64,000 bases of DNA, from assembly GCA_963707505.1 (NCBI GenBank), contig CAVPQB010000003.1, positions 352,001 through 416,000 on the forward strand. The letters are read 5' to 3'. The first letter of the stretch is position 1; every line of letters starts with the position of its first letter. The translations under genes and the position numbers were made by a program. Source of the DNA: an uncultured Gemmatimonadales bacterium (GTDB taxonomy: Bacteria; Gemmatimonadota; Gemmatimonadetes; Gemmatimonadales; Gemmatimonadaceae). Shown one piece after another: positions 51,362-62,152 of this stretch. The notes below the pieces were generated by a model. The model saw nothing but the letters and a program-made list of their open reading frames with translations. It was not told the DNA's origin and made no database searches.

Positions 51362-51436
51362 AGCTGACGACCGGAATCGAACCGGTAACCTGCTCGATTA
51401 CAAATCGAGCTGCTCCGCCAATTGAGCTACGTCAGC
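51362..51436 (-). tRNA. tRNA-Thr(TGT), apparent 6-bp anticodon stem
   Basis: GCTCGA-TTTGTAA-TCGAGC; canonical Thr-Tyr-Gly-Thr-tuf order. Confidence 0.9.
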
Positions 51437-51460
51437 AACGCGTTTCCACGCAAGCCTGGA

Positions 51461-51490
51461 AAAATACCCTATTTCCAGGGCAAGAGTCAA
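51461..51490 (-). promoter_or_regulatory. Putative sigma70 promoter of the tRNA-tuf-rpmG-secE-nusG operon
   Basis: TTGACT-N18-TATTTT. Confidence 0.55.
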
Positions 51491-51493
51491 CGC

Positions 51494-52906
51494 CTACAAC
51501 AGCTTTTTCCAACGAGTACCCTGCGGCCCATCCTCGATCGCGATCCCTCTGTTCGTCAGCTCGTTCCGAATCGCGTCCGCCGCCGCAAAATCGCGCCTGG
51601 CGCGCGCCGCTCGACGATCCGCGAGCCGCCCTTCCACGTACGCAGACAGCTCCGCATCGCCCTCCACCCGCTCCGGGACGATGTCGAGAACGCCGTTCAC
51701 GAGCGCAAATGCGTTCCTCGCCCGCTCCAGTGCCGCCACGTCAGTCCCGGACCTGTCCAGCTCCGCATTTGCACGCCGAATGAAGCTGAAGAGGGCGCCC
51801 ATCGCCTCCGGCGCGTTGAGATCGTCGAACAACGCGGCTTTCGCCTCCCGCTCCAGATCTGCCGCGGCTGCTCCAAGCTCGGCTGTCCCACCTGTCGCCC
51901 CTTCCAACCGCTCGGCGAAGTCGCCAACGCGGCGCACCCCTTCGAGCGATGCTTCGAGCGCATCCGGTGACAGGTTGAGCTGCTTGCGATAATGCGTCGA
52001 GAAGGTGAAGTGCCGGAACGCTGCGCCCGACACACCCTGCTCTCGCATATCCTCGACTGTCGCGACGTTCCCGACCCGCTTGGCCATTTTGGCCCCGTCG
52101 GTGAGGAGAAACTGGCCATGGCACCAGAAGCGCGAAAATTCATGGCCGGTCGCCGCCTCCGACTGCGCGATCTCATCCTCGTGGTGCGGAAAGACGAGGT
52201 CGATCCCGCCGCAATGAATGTCCAGCGTTTCTCCGAGAAATCGCATTGCCATCGCAGAGCACTCGAGATGCCAGCCGGGACGGCCGCGACCCCATGGCGA
52301 GTCCCATGCGGCGGCGGATGCCTCGTCCTCGGGCTTCGCCGCCTTCCAGAGCGCGAAGTCCTGTGCGTTCTCCTTGGCGTAGTCGTCCTGCGCCACACGC
52401 GCCCCGCTCTGAATCTCGCGCTTGTCCAGACGCGACAACTTTCCGTATGCGGGAAACTTGTCGATCGCGAAGTACACCGATCCGTCGTCGGCCTGATACG
52501 CCACGCCTCGCGCGATCAGTCGCTCCACCAGTGCGATCATCTCCGGAATGCTCTCGGTGGCGCGAGGATAACGCTCCGCGTCCTCGATCCTCAGATAGTG
52601 ACGATCGGCGTGAAATCGTTCGGTGACCGGACCGGTGATCTCGCCGATCGTGACACCAGCCTCCGACGCGCGGCGAATGATCTTGTCGTCGACGTCGGTG
52701 AGATTCATCACCTGATCGACCTGCCATCCGGCCAGTCGCAGTACCCGTCGCATCAGATCTTCGAACAGAAACGTTCTGAAGTTTCCAACGTGTGCCGCAT
52801 TGTACACTGTCGGGCCGCACGTATACATGCGCACCATCCGGCCGTCCGCGGGCGCAAATGGCTCGACCGACTGCGTCATCGTGTTGTAGAGACGAACCTG
52901 AGGCAT
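51494..52906 (-). CDS. cysS: Cysteine--tRNA ligase
   Basis: YTCGPTVY, HVGN, DFALWK, GRPGWHLECS, DLVFPHHEDE, KMAKR. Confidence 0.96.
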   Translation of the reverse strand: MPQVRLYNTMTQSVEPFAPADGRMVRMYTCGPTVYNAAHVGNFRTFLFEDLMRRVLRLAGWQVDQVMNLTDVDDKIIRRASEAGVTIGEITGPVTERFHADRHYLRIEDAERYPRATESIPEMIALVERLIARGVAYQADDGSVYFAIDKFPAYGKLSRLDKREIQSGARVAQDDYAKENAQDFALWKAAKPEDEASAAAWDSPWGRGRPGWHLECSAMAMRFLGETLDIHCGGIDLVFPHHEDEIAQSEAATGHEFSRFWCHGQFLLTDGAKMAKRVGNVATVEDMREQGVSGAAFRHFTFSTHYRKQLNLSPDALEASLEGVRRVGDFAERLEGATGGTAELGAAAADLEREAKAALFDDLNAPEAMGALFSFIRRANAELDRSGTDVAALERARNAFALVNGVLDIVPERVEGDAELSAYVEGRLADRRAARARRDFAAADAIRNELTNRGIAIEDGPQGTRWKKLL

Positions 52907-53083
52907 CGTACAAAGGTAAGTATGCCGTCCAGAGGCCGCGTCCGCGCAGCACTCGTCGCTACACTCTCCGCCCTGGGCTACTACGCGGGTGTGGCCCGCC
53001 AGTGGCGTCATGCTCGGCCTGATGCGCTAGAGCCGACGGCGCGACACGCGCGATTCGAAGGTGCGAGCGGCGCTCGATCAGAG

Positions 53084-54259
53084 CTAGGTTCTGAGCCGCG
53101 TCTTGAACGCTTCCATATCCACGGGGCCGCCCTGCGCGAGCAGCACCCCTCCGTCCGGCACCGGCACGCGAAGCACGAGCTTTCGATCGCGACCACCCCT
53201 GCGGAAGCCTTTACCCTCGTAGATCCGGTTGATGAGAATCCGTCGCACCACCACCATCACCATCGCGAGAGTTGGCAGTGCAACGACGAGTCCGAGGGGG
53301 CCGAGCAGGCTCCCAACGACGAGCACCGCCATGATCGTGAGCACCGGCGGTAGCTCGACTTGCTTGGACATTACGAGTGGCGAGACGAGATTGCCCTCGA
53401 TGAGGTGCACTATCACGCCCACGCCAAGCACCAGCAACGCGCGCGTTCCGCCATTGGGACCGGTGAGGACAAAAGCAGCCGGCAACGTCGTGCTGAGCAG
53501 TGAGCCGAAGAACGGAACTATTGCGACCATTCCCGTGAACACGCCGAACGTGAGCCAGTACGGCACGTTCAGCAGCCACAGAAAGAACGCGGTGAGAATC
53601 GCGAGCACAGTCATCGTTGTCAGCTGCCCGACGATGTAGGCACGCAGCGAGCCGGCAATATCGCGAAGAATGTCGCGCACGAGATCGCGATGTCGCGGCG
53701 GAAATAGCGCGATGAGCCATTCGCGATACACACCGGGTTGCAGCGCGAGATAGATGCTCATCACGAATACCGAGAACACGTCGATCAAGATTCCGACGAT
53801 GGAGAACACGCGAGAGAACATTCCCTGCGCGTAGCTCGACATCTGATCGTACAGTGCACGCAAGACCTGATGCTGGCCGGTCTTCCAGTAACCACTCATG
53901 CCGGGAAGACTGACCACGAATCGATCGAACGACGCCTCCCAGCTCGTGATGTAGGTCGGAAGCACATCCACGAGCTCGCGAGTCTGCCCTACAACGGCTG
54001 GCACCAGAAGCCAGAACAGACCGACGACGACCGCAATCGTGAGCAGCACGCTCGCGGTGAATGCGACACGTGCCGGCACCTGCGCGCGCGATACGAGTGC
54101 ATCGCGCACCGCGCCCAGGTACAACGAGAGAATGATGGCGATGAAGAGCAGCAGAAACACATCCACCGTTCTCTGGAACATCCAGAGAAGGAGGATGAGG
54201 AGAGTGACCGCCGTTATCGTTCCCGCGGCCTTTCCTCCACCCACCGCGATGGGGCTCAA
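53084..54259 (-). CDS. AI-2E (PerM/UPF0118) family transporter
   Basis: Multi-TM, YIVGQ, VPFFGS, IEGNLVSP, GPLGLVVALP. Confidence 0.88.
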   Translation of the reverse strand: MSPIAVGGGKAAGTITAVTLLILLLWMFQRTVDVFLLLFIAIILSLYLGAVRDALVSRAQVPARVAFTASVLLTIAVVVGLFWLLVPAVVGQTRELVDVLPTYITSWEASFDRFVVSLPGMSGYWKTGQHQVLRALYDQMSSYAQGMFSRVFSIVGILIDVFSVFVMSIYLALQPGVYREWLIALFPPRHRDLVRDILRDIAGSLRAYIVGQLTTMTVLAILTAFFLWLLNVPYWLTFGVFTGMVAIVPFFGSLLSTTLPAAFVLTGPNGGTRALLVLGVGVIVHLIEGNLVSPLVMSKQVELPPVLTIMAVLVVGSLLGPLGLVVALPTLAMVMVVVRRILINRIYEGKGFRRGGRDRKLVLRVPVPDGGVLLAQGGPVDMEAFKTRLRT

Positions 54260-55047
54260 GTTTCCGGCTTGTTCTCGCTGGCATCCGGTGCGGGGAGTCC
54301 GCGCGCCGGATCTGAGGCTACTTCACCCGGCGCCAGCTGCCGCGACTGCGGTGCCTGCCCGGAACCAACCAATCCCATCTTCTGCTTGAGCTGCGACAGC
54401 TGCAGATCCGCGGTCGCATCTCCGGCAGACGACTCGAGCTGCTTGAACTGATTGCTGAGCGCGTCGCCCGAGAATTCCTGATCGATCTCGACACTTGCGC
54501 GAATCTGTCGCTCGTTCTGCTCGATCTTCTCTTCCATGCGCGCGAACGCATCGAACGCCGACTTGTCGGACATCGAAGACATCGTTTCCGAGATGCGCTT
54601 CTGCGCCTCGGCACGACGCTGCCGTGCGAGCAGCAGCGTCTTCTTGCGGTTTGCTTCCTCGATGTTGTCGTTCAGATCACGAAGCGAATTCTTGAGGCGA
54701 TCTGTTTCCTGCTTGTGCGCTTCCCACGTCATCTGCATCTGCTGGCCGCGCGAGACGTGCTCGTTCCTGCGCATGAGTGCCTGCTTGGCGAGCTCGTCGC
54801 GCCCTTCCTTGACGGCGAGCATGGCGCGTCGCTCCCATTCCTCAGCCTCGCGCAGCTCGCCCATCGTCTGGTCTTCGAGGCGCTTCTCATCGGCGATCGC
54901 GGCGGCGACCTGCTGCTTGGCCCGCACGAGCTGTGTCCGCATGTCGGCGATGATCTGCGTCAACATCTTGTCCGGCTGCTCTACGGCCGAGATCGCGGCG
55001 TTCACGTTTGCGCGAAAGAGCCGCGCTATGCTTTCAAAGATGCCCAT
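54256..55047 (-). CDS. pspA: PspA/IM30 (bacterial ESCRT-III-like) family protein
   Basis: MGIFESIARLFRANVN, EQPDKML, DELAKQAL, FARMEEKI coiled coil. Confidence 0.9.
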   Translation of the reverse strand: MGIFESIARLFRANVNAAISAVEQPDKMLTQIIADMRTQLVRAKQQVAAAIADEKRLEDQTMGELREAEEWERRAMLAVKEGRDELAKQALMRRNEHVSRGQQMQMTWEAHKQETDRLKNSLRDLNDNIEEANRKKTLLLARQRRAEAQKRISETMSSMSDKSAFDAFARMEEKIEQNERQIRASVEIDQEFSGDALSNQFKQLESSAGDATADLQLSQLKQKMGLVGSGQAPQSRQLAPGEVASDPARGLPAPDASENKPET

Positions 55048-55382
55048 GCGGACAGAGTTGGTCGGAGTTCGTGGAGCCGGTGGTCGTCACGTACCAGGCC
55101 AGTTCAGGCCGGGCCCGTGCTGTCCATGCTGTCTATATACTAGCGCCGGCCACCAGATAAAAGAATAAACAAATACCGATAAGTGGGCGCCCTGGCGCTT
55201 TAGCCGCGGAAACATCGGTTCGGTCGAACCCGTCTACTGTTCGGCGGACACGGCTTCGCCAATCGCCACGGCACCGTCCGCGGCGTTGCGCACATCTGGG
55301 AAATGTAGGCCAAGTCGTTGAATGACAACGTGTTGACGAGAAATGGCGTGCCGATGATTCCGGTCCGGCATGGGCGCTCCCG

Positions 55383-55853
55383 TCATCTGCCAGCGGGACG
55401 AACCATCTCCGTATGCGGGATATCGTCCTCGTCGTACTCGTACCCGGTCGAGACGAACCCCATCTGCTCGTAAAAGCGAAGCAGATACCTCTGGGCCCCG
55501 ATCCGTATCGCAACGGGTCCGTACATGGTCTCGACGCGCGCGATTCCTTCCCGTACCAGTGCGCGTCCAAGTCCGGTTCCTCGCACACATGACGCGGTAG
55601 TGATCCGCCCCAGCGAGGGCTCCGCGTACTTGATGCCAGGCGGAACTACGCGCAGATAGGCAGCGATCTCGCCATTCGCACCACGTGTCCATAGATGGTG
55701 CGATACGCGATCCGCGCCATCGGAATCCTGATACGCACAGTTCTGCTCGACGATGAAGATTGCAGTTCGGAGTGCGACTATGTCGTACAGATCGTCCGGC
55801 GCGAGCTCACTGAAGTGCGCCCACTGCCAGACCGGGGCCGGTCGTGGAGTCAC
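55383..55853 (-). CDS. elaA: ElaA-like GNAT acetyltransferase
   Basis: LRTAIFIVEQNCAYQD, RGTGLG, IGAQRYL, YDEDDIPH. Confidence 0.85.
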   Translation of the reverse strand: MTPRPAPVWQWAHFSELAPDDLYDIVALRTAIFIVEQNCAYQDSDGADRVSHHLWTRGANGEIAAYLRVVPPGIKYAEPSLGRITTASCVRGTGLGRALVREGIARVETMYGPVAIRIGAQRYLLRFYEQMGFVSTGYEYDEDDIPHTEMVRPAGR

Positions 55854-55856
55854 AAA

Positions 55857-56735
55857 CTACGCTCGCTTGATCTGGTACAGCCTCTCTTTGGCGAGGCGGC
55901 GCCCTGTTGGCGTCGCGGCGAGGCCACCACCCGCCGTCTCGCGGTAACGCACGTCCATCTCGCGACCGATCTGCCCCATCACGTCGATCACCTCATCCAC
56001 CGGAATGGCGAACTCGATTCCCGCGAGAGCCATCTCGATCGCTGCCAGCGCTATCGCCGAGCCTGTAGCATTCCGGAATACACATGGCAGCTCAACCAGA
56101 CCGCCAAGTGGATCGCAGATGAGGCCGAGAGTGCTCTGCATCGCAAGCGCCGTTGCGTGGCCAGCCTGGCGCGGCGATCCGCCCAGCATCTCGGTAGCTG
56201 CACCCGCGGCCATTCCAGCAGCCGCGCCCGTCTCAGCCTGACATCCGCCTTCTGCGCCTGACAGCGATGCGCGCTCGGCGATCACTGCGCCGATGAGGCC
56301 GGCAGTTGCAAGTGCATCGACGAGTTTCTCATCGGAAATACCGCGCGCGCTGGCGATACCGGTGAGTACTGCGGGTAGAACGCCGGCACCGCCCGCGGTC
56401 GGTGCAGCGACGATTACGCCCATGGCCGCATTCACTTCCTGAACTGCCAGCGCACGTATGAGGATGTCGTGGAACGGCGTCGCGGCCAGCGGTCCCGCGG
56501 TGCTGTTGACGAGCTTCGCGGCATCGCCACCAACGAGCCCGGAGTTGGAGCGCATTGCGCCGGTCATTCCGGCGTCGACTGCGCCCCGCATCACATTGAG
56601 TGCGCGCGCAAGCGAGCCGCGGATGTCTGCAACGCTGCGTCCCTGATCCTGCGATTCCAGGTCGAGTGCCACAGCTGTGAGCGTGGTGCCGCGGGCTTCT
56701 GCGTCGCTTATGGCCTCAGCGAGTGATCTGTACAT
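55857..56735 (-). CDS. sdaAA: L-serine dehydratase, Fe-S dependent, alpha subunit
   Basis: APTAGGAG, GAEGGCQAE, GLICDP, VELPC, RETAGGGLA. Confidence 0.93.
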   Translation of the reverse strand: MYRSLAEAISDAEARGTTLTAVALDLESQDQGRSVADIRGSLARALNVMRGAVDAGMTGAMRSNSGLVGGDAAKLVNSTAGPLAATPFHDILIRALAVQEVNAAMGVIVAAPTAGGAGVLPAVLTGIASARGISDEKLVDALATAGLIGAVIAERASLSGAEGGCQAETGAAAGMAAGAATEMLGGSPRQAGHATALAMQSTLGLICDPLGGLVELPCVFRNATGSAIALAAIEMALAGIEFAIPVDEVIDVMGQIGREMDVRYRETAGGGLAATPTGRRLAKERLYQIKRA

Positions 56736-56744
56736 TCGACTTCC

Positions 56745-57416
56745 TCAGCCGCCGGAGACTCGGTCCAGCCGCATTGCCCAGCGAACCCACGCGAGCTCGC
56801 GGATCTCGTCGCGAACGTCCTCGCCTGGATTGTCATCGCACTCGATCACGATGAATGCGTCACCGCCACGCTGTTTGCGCGTGAGCTTGAGCGTCGCGAT
56901 GTTGATGTCGTGATTGGACAGAATGTGCGTGACGCGCGCGATGGATCCCTTCACATCGGCAGCAAGTATCACGATGCTGTAAAAGTTGCCGCTGATATCG
57001 ACCGGATAGCCATCGATTTCCGTGACGAGCACGCGACCAGCGCCGAGCGATGATCCGACCATAACGGCGCGGCGCGGCCCCCGCGCAACAGTGATGCGCA
57101 CCGTGTTCGGATGCGATTCCTCGCTGATCGTCGTCTTCTCGAAGCTGTATTCGAGCCCTTCGCCGTCGGCGATTTCCAGCGCGGTCCTGATTCGCTCGTC
57201 ATCCGGCCGAAAACCAAGCAGGCCTGCGACGAGCGCCTTGTCGGTGCCATGCCCTTCGCCGGTACGCGCAAACGATCCGTGCAGCTCCAGCAGGGCCGTC
57301 TGCGGCGTGCCACCAACGAGGCCACGCGCCAGCAACCCGAGCCGGCATGCACCCGCCGTGTGCGATGACGACGGTCCCACCATTACGGGACCGATGATAT
57401 CGAGCAGAGAGACCAT
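56745..57416 (-). CDS. sdaAB: L-serine dehydratase beta subunit with ACT domain
   Basis: IIGPVMVGPSSSHTAGA, GHGTD, HPNT. Confidence 0.93.
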   Translation of the reverse strand: MVSLLDIIGPVMVGPSSSHTAGACRLGLLARGLVGGTPQTALLELHGSFARTGEGHGTDKALVAGLLGFRPDDERIRTALEIADGEGLEYSFEKTTISEESHPNTVRITVARGPRRAVMVGSSLGAGRVLVTEIDGYPVDISGNFYSIVILAADVKGSIARVTHILSNHDINIATLKLTRKQRGGDAFIVIECDDNPGEDVRDEIRELAWVRWAMRLDRVSGG

Positions 57417-60259
57417 CAGCCCGCCTTGCGCCTGGACATTGCTGGAAGCATGTGGCGAAGATACTGCCCCGTGTGCGATGCTGCCACGCGCGCGACCTGT
57501 TCGGGTGTTCCGCTCGCCACTATCGTCCCGCCTTTCAATCCGCCCTCGGGCCCAAGATCGATGATGTAGTCAGCGGTCTTGATCACGTCGAGATTGTGCT
57601 CGATCACTAGGACCGTATTGCCACGATCCACGAGCGTGTGCAGCACCTTGAGCAGCATGCGCACGTCCTCGAAGTGCAGGCCGGTGGTCGGCTCGTCGAG
57701 AATGTAGAACGTGCGCCCCGTGTCCCGCTTGGACAGCTCGGACGCAAGCTTGACGCGCTGCGCCTCTCCGCCCGAAAGCGTGGTCGCGCTCTGCCCGAGG
57801 TGGATGTAACCCAATCCGACTTCATTGAGCGTAACGAGCTTGTTGTGAATGCGCGGCTGGTTCACGAATACTTCCGTCGCGTCTTCGACCGTCAGCTCCA
57901 GAACGTCGGCGATGCTCAGCCCGCGAAAGCGAACCTCGAGTGTTTCGCGGTTGTATCGCTTGCCCTTGCAGACGTCGCAGGGCACGTACACGTCCGGCAA
58001 AAAGTGCATCTCTATTTTCACGAGGCCGTCGCCTTCGCACGCTTCACAGCGACCGCCCTTCACGTTGAACGAGAAGCGGCCCGGACCATATCCGCGTATC
58101 TTCGCCTCCGGCAGCTCGGCGAAGAGCTCGCGCACTGGCGTGAACAGTCCGACATACGTGGCAGGATTGGACCTCGGCGTGCGCCCAATCGGACTCTGGT
58201 CGATGTCGATGACCTTGTCGATGTGCTCCAGTCCGGTGATGCGCTTGTGTTTTCCCGGAATGACGCGCGCACGATAGAAGTGACGCGCGAGCGAGCTGTG
58301 AAGTATGTCTTCGACGAGCGTCGATTTGCCGGAACCGGACACACCCGTCACCGCAACAAAATTGCCGAGCGGAATCTCCGCCGTTACGTCGCGCAGATTG
58401 TGCTCGGTCGCACCTTCGATGCACAACATCCGGTCGGCATCCTGCGGACGGCGCTTTTCGGGAACGGCAATCACCGAATCGCCGCGCAGGTAACGCCCAG
58501 TCACCGAAGCGCGATCGTTGGTTACGTGCTCCACCGTTCCCTCGGCAATTACAAACCCACCATGCTTTCCTGCGCCCGGTCCGAGGTCGATCAGGTGATC
58601 CGCAGCGCGCATCGTCTCCTCGTCGTGCTCGACGACGATGACGGTGTTGCCGAGATCCCGCAGCTGTCGCAGTGTCGCGAGCAGGCGAGCGTTGTCGCGC
58701 TGATGCAGACCGATCGACGGCTCGTCCAGTATGTACAGCACGCCAACCAGTCGCGAGCCGATCTGTGTCGCGAGGCGAATGCGCTGCGCCTCGCCGCCGG
58801 ACAACGATTCCGCCGCGCGCCCAAGTGTCAGATAATCCAGACCTACGTCAACCAGAAAGCGCAGTCGCTCGCGTACTTCCTTGAGGATCGGTCCGGCGAT
58901 ATCGGCGTCGAGCCCCGGTTGCGTTCCCGAACGAACCTTGACGTCAGTGAAGAAGTGAACAGCTTCGCCAACGGATAGCTCCACCACGTCGCCGATGTTG
59001 ACGCCAGCGATCGTCACCGCGAGCGACTCGGGCTTGAGCCGTCGTCCACCGCACGCGGTGCACGGCAGCGCAGTCATGAACTGCTCGAGATCGAGGCGCA
59101 CCGAATCCGACTCCGTCTCGTCGTAACGGCGCTGCACGTTGGAGATGATCCCTTCCCACTTGATGTCGGCAGAACGCGGACCGCCGCGGCGGCCGCCCGA
59201 TCCGTAAAGAAGTGCGTCGCGCGTCTTCTGCGGCAGCTCGCCCCACGGCGTATCGAGATTGAACTTGAGCTCGCGCGCGAGTCCGGGAAGGATGGTGCGC
59301 CGCAGATACCCGTCAGGCTCACCCCACGGGAGAACCACGCCTTCGGGAATGGTCAGACTACCGTCGCCAAGTATGAGATCCTCACTCACCTCGCGACGAG
59401 TGCCGAGCCCACCGCACTTGGGGCACGCACCGAAGGGCGAATTGAATGAGAACTGGCGCGGCTCGAGCTCAGTGAGCGACGTTCCGCAATCGGGACATCC
59501 AAATTTCTCGGAAAACAGATTCGACGAATCGTCGTCGTGCCGTTTCACTTCGACCAGACCGTCGGACAGCTTGAGTGCAGTCTCCACCGAATCCGCCAGG
59601 CGTCCGCGGTCGTCGCGATTGACGACCACGCGGTCGACGACAATGGCGACGCTGTGATTCAGCTTCTTGTTGAGCTTGGGTGGCGACGCAAGCTCGATGA
59701 GATCGCCATCGACGACGGCGCGCACGAATCCCTGTCGGCGTGCACTCTCGAACAGCTCACGAAACTCGCCCTTTCGCTCGCGCACGAGCGGCGCGAGAAT
59801 CTCGATTCGCGTGTCCCTGGGCCACTGCAGGATGGTGTCCGCGATCTGTGCCGCGCTCTGACGCTCCACGGCGCGACCGCACGTGGGACAGTGCGGCGTA
59901 CCAGCGCGGGCGTAAAGCAGACGCAGGTAATCGTAAATTTCCGTTACGGTCCCGACGGTAGACCGCGGATTGTGACCCGCCGTCTTCTGCTGGATCGATA
60001 TCGCCGGTGACAGTCCTTCGATTGAATCGACATCGGGCTTTTCCATCAACCCAAGGAACTGGCGTGCGTACGCGGATAGCGACTCCACGTACCGCCGCTG
60101 ACCCTCGGCGTATATGGTATCGAAGGCCAGTGACGACTTGCCGGAGCCCGACAGGCCGGTGATCACCGTCAGCTTGTCGCGCGGGATGGTAACATTGACG
60201 TCGCGGAGATTGTGCTCGCGAGCGCCTCGAACTATCAGTGCCTCTTCTGCCATAGCCAT
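57416..60259 (-). CDS. uvrA: Excinuclease ABC subunit A
   Basis: GAREHNL, two GSGKS Walker A motifs, LSGGEAQR twice, zinc fingers. Confidence 0.97.
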   Translation of the reverse strand: MAMAEEALIVRGAREHNLRDVNVTIPRDKLTVITGLSGSGKSSLAFDTIYAEGQRRYVESLSAYARQFLGLMEKPDVDSIEGLSPAISIQQKTAGHNPRSTVGTVTEIYDYLRLLYARAGTPHCPTCGRAVERQSAAQIADTILQWPRDTRIEILAPLVRERKGEFRELFESARRQGFVRAVVDGDLIELASPPKLNKKLNHSVAIVVDRVVVNRDDRGRLADSVETALKLSDGLVEVKRHDDDSSNLFSEKFGCPDCGTSLTELEPRQFSFNSPFGACPKCGGLGTRREVSEDLILGDGSLTIPEGVVLPWGEPDGYLRRTILPGLARELKFNLDTPWGELPQKTRDALLYGSGGRRGGPRSADIKWEGIISNVQRRYDETESDSVRLDLEQFMTALPCTACGGRRLKPESLAVTIAGVNIGDVVELSVGEAVHFFTDVKVRSGTQPGLDADIAGPILKEVRERLRFLVDVGLDYLTLGRAAESLSGGEAQRIRLATQIGSRLVGVLYILDEPSIGLHQRDNARLLATLRQLRDLGNTVIVVEHDEETMRAADHLIDLGPGAGKHGGFVIAEGTVEHVTNDRASVTGRYLRGDSVIAVPEKRRPQDADRMLCIEGATEHNLRDVTAEIPLGNFVAVTGVSGSGKSTLVEDILHSSLARHFYRARVIPGKHKRITGLEHIDKVIDIDQSPIGRTPRSNPATYVGLFTPVRELFAELPEAKIRGYGPGRFSFNVKGGRCEACEGDGLVKIEMHFLPDVYVPCDVCKGKRYNRETLEVRFRGLSIADVLELTVEDATEVFVNQPRIHNKLVTLNEVGLGYIHLGQSATTLSGGEAQRVKLASELSKRDTGRTFYILDEPTTGLHFEDVRMLLKVLHTLVDRGNTVLVIEHNLDVIKTADYIIDLGPEGGLKGGTIVASGTPEQVARVAASHTGQYLRHMLPAMSRRKAG

Positions 60260-60293
60260 CTAAACCTAACGGACTTACGGTGTAAATTCGGGT

Positions 60294-60629
60294 ATGCCAC
60301 ACTCCGACGCAGTAGTGGTCCTGACGACGGTCGGGACGGAGGACGATGCCGCAACCCTCATCCGGGCCCTTCTCGAGCGGCGCCTGGTCGCCTGCGGGAC
60401 GATGCTCCCAAAGGCACGCTCCATCTACCGGTGGGACAACAAGGTTGCCGACGAGACCGAGGTGGTCCTGATGCTCAAGACCAGATCGGCCTGCCTGGAC
60501 GCGCTTCAGGCGTCCTTCGAGACACTCCACCCATACAAGCTGCCCGAGCTGCTGGTTCTTCCGGTTGCCGCCGGCCTGCCGAAGTACCTCAGCTGGATCG
60601 CCGACGAGACCGGTCTCTCGATCGCGTGA
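60294..60629 (+). CDS. cutA: Divalent-cation tolerance protein CutA
   Basis: RLVAC, SIYRW, LKTR, HPYKLPE, YLSWI. Confidence 0.9.
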   Translation: MPHSDAVVVLTTVGTEDDAATLIRALLERRLVACGTMLPKARSIYRWDNKVADETEVVLMLKTRSACLDALQASFETLHPYKLPELLVLPVAAGLPKYLSWIADETGLSIA

Positions 60630-61390
60630 AAGTGAATCTGGACCGCCGGTTCCTCGGCGTGGCGGTTCTTGTCTGCTGGGCGATCGGGCTAGCCTGGCTA
60701 GTCAGACGCCGCCACGACGTCTCCGACGCAGATCGCCTGGCGCAGGGGGTGCTCCGGCTCGAGCCGGCGACCTACTTCTACACGATCGATCAGGCCGGTG
60801 CGCCGATCGGCTGGGCCAGCTCCTCGCTCGATACCACCGCAAGCGGCTTCACGGCGCGTGGAGCGGTGCGGCTGCGGGCGCTCATCGCCGGTGACAGCCA
60901 ATCGGTAATCGCCTCGTCCACCGCTCACCTCACTCGCGCATTCGCGCTCGATACGTTTGCGCTCTCCGTAAGCGGTGACGAGCATCCGTTTCAGCTGCGA
61001 GAGGTACCTCCGGCAGGCTCAGGCGTTCTTCTTCCTTCCCTCGCCCCAATCGCGATAATGCTCACTCGGGCGCCGCGCATCGGGGCGTCAACGGTAACCC
61101 ACATCTACAATCCGCTCAGCCGGCGCGTCGAGACCGTGACGCTCAGCATCGCTGCAGAGTCCTTATTCAGCGTGGTGGATAGCGCCGTATTCGACACTGC
61201 ACGAAAGAAGTGGGTAGCCGCTCACATCGACACCGTACGCTCGTGGCAGCTCGTACCGCCGTCACGCGCGATTTCCGCCTGGGTGGACTCACGTGGGAGG
61301 CTCGTTGCGGCGAGCGAGCCGGGCGGACTGTCGATGACGCGCAGTACCTACGAGATCGCCACGCTCAACCCGAAGCTCCCGAAACCTTGA
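60626..61390 (+). CDS. Membrane-anchored hypothetical protein
   Basis: GTG start overlapping the cutA stop, N-terminal TM, beta-rich body, WVDSRGR. Confidence 0.7.
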   Translation: MKVNLDRRFLGVAVLVCWAIGLAWLVRRRHDVSDADRLAQGVLRLEPATYFYTIDQAGAPIGWASSSLDTTASGFTARGAVRLRALIAGDSQSVIASSTAHLTRAFALDTFALSVSGDEHPFQLREVPPAGSGVLLPSLAPIAIMLTRAPRIGASTVTHIYNPLSRRVETVTLSIAAESLFSVVDSAVFDTARKKWVAAHIDTVRSWQLVPPSRAISAWVDSRGRLVAASEPGGLSMTRSTYEIATLNPKLPKP

Positions 61391-62142
61391 TCCAGCTTGC
61401 AGGTCTCACGAAGCGTTACGGCGACTTCACAGCTGTAGCAGGAATGGATCTCTCGGTGCGACGAGGCGAATTGTTCGGCCTCCTCGGCCCGAATGGCGCA
61501 GGCAAGACCACGACGCTGCGCATGATCGCCGGCATTCTTCAGCCTACCGCTGGAACGATCGCGATTGGCGGTGTCAGTCTCGCTGGCGATCCTGTCGCGG
61601 CAAAATCCAGGATGGGCTTTATCCCCGATCGCCCATTCATCTACGAAAAGCTCACGGGCACGGAATTCCTGCGCTTCGTCGCCGGTCTTTACGGTCAGGG
61701 CGGAGAGGAAATCGACCGGCGCGGCGAGGAGTTACTTGCGCTCTTCGATCTCGTCGATTGGAAGGATGAGCTGGTCGAAAGCTACAGCCACGGCATGCGC
61801 CAGAAGCTCATCATCGCCAGTGCATTTGTTCACCGTCCGGAAGTCATAGTCGTCGACGAGCCCATGGTCGGGCTCGATCCAAAAGCGGCCCGTCTGCTCA
61901 AGGACCTGTTTCGCGCCTACGTCGATCGTGGCAACACGATAGTCATGTCGACGCACACGCTCGAAGTCGCGGAGACGTTGTGCGACCGGATCGCGATAGT
62001 CCAGAACGGAAAGATCGCAGCGATGGGAACGATGACGGAGCTTCGCACCGATACCGGCTACGACTCCGGACTGGAAGACATCTTCCTGCGCCTGACCGGT
62101 GAGAAGGCAGCGCGTACCGCGCTCGAAGTTCTGTCGGTCTGA
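61387..62142 (+). CDS. ABC transporter ATP-binding protein
   Basis: GPNGAGKTT, YSHGMRQK, VDEP, STH. Confidence 0.93.
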   Translation: MIQLAGLTKRYGDFTAVAGMDLSVRRGELFGLLGPNGAGKTTTLRMIAGILQPTAGTIAIGGVSLAGDPVAAKSRMGFIPDRPFIYEKLTGTEFLRFVAGLYGQGGEEIDRRGEELLALFDLVDWKDELVESYSHGMRQKLIIASAFVHRPEVIVVDEPMVGLDPKAARLLKDLFRAYVDRGNTIVMSTHTLEVAETLCDRIAIVQNGKIAAMGTMTELRTDTGYDSGLEDIFLRLTGEKAARTALEVLSV

Positions 62143-62152
62143 CAGCAGCATC

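Noticed and set aside
52070..52100. CysRS KMAKR in place of KMSKS as a sign of inactivation
   Set aside because: The catalytic second Lys and all Zn-ligand motifs are retained; likely natural variation
55338..55353. Sigma54 promoter for pspA (CGGCACGCCATTTCT on the minus strand)
   Set aside because: The -12 GC is missing and the site is about 290 nt from the start codon
60260..60293. SOS/LexA box upstream of uvrA
   Set aside because: Only a 4-bp inverted repeat (TTAC-GGT-GTAA), too short and not matching a box I can name with confidence
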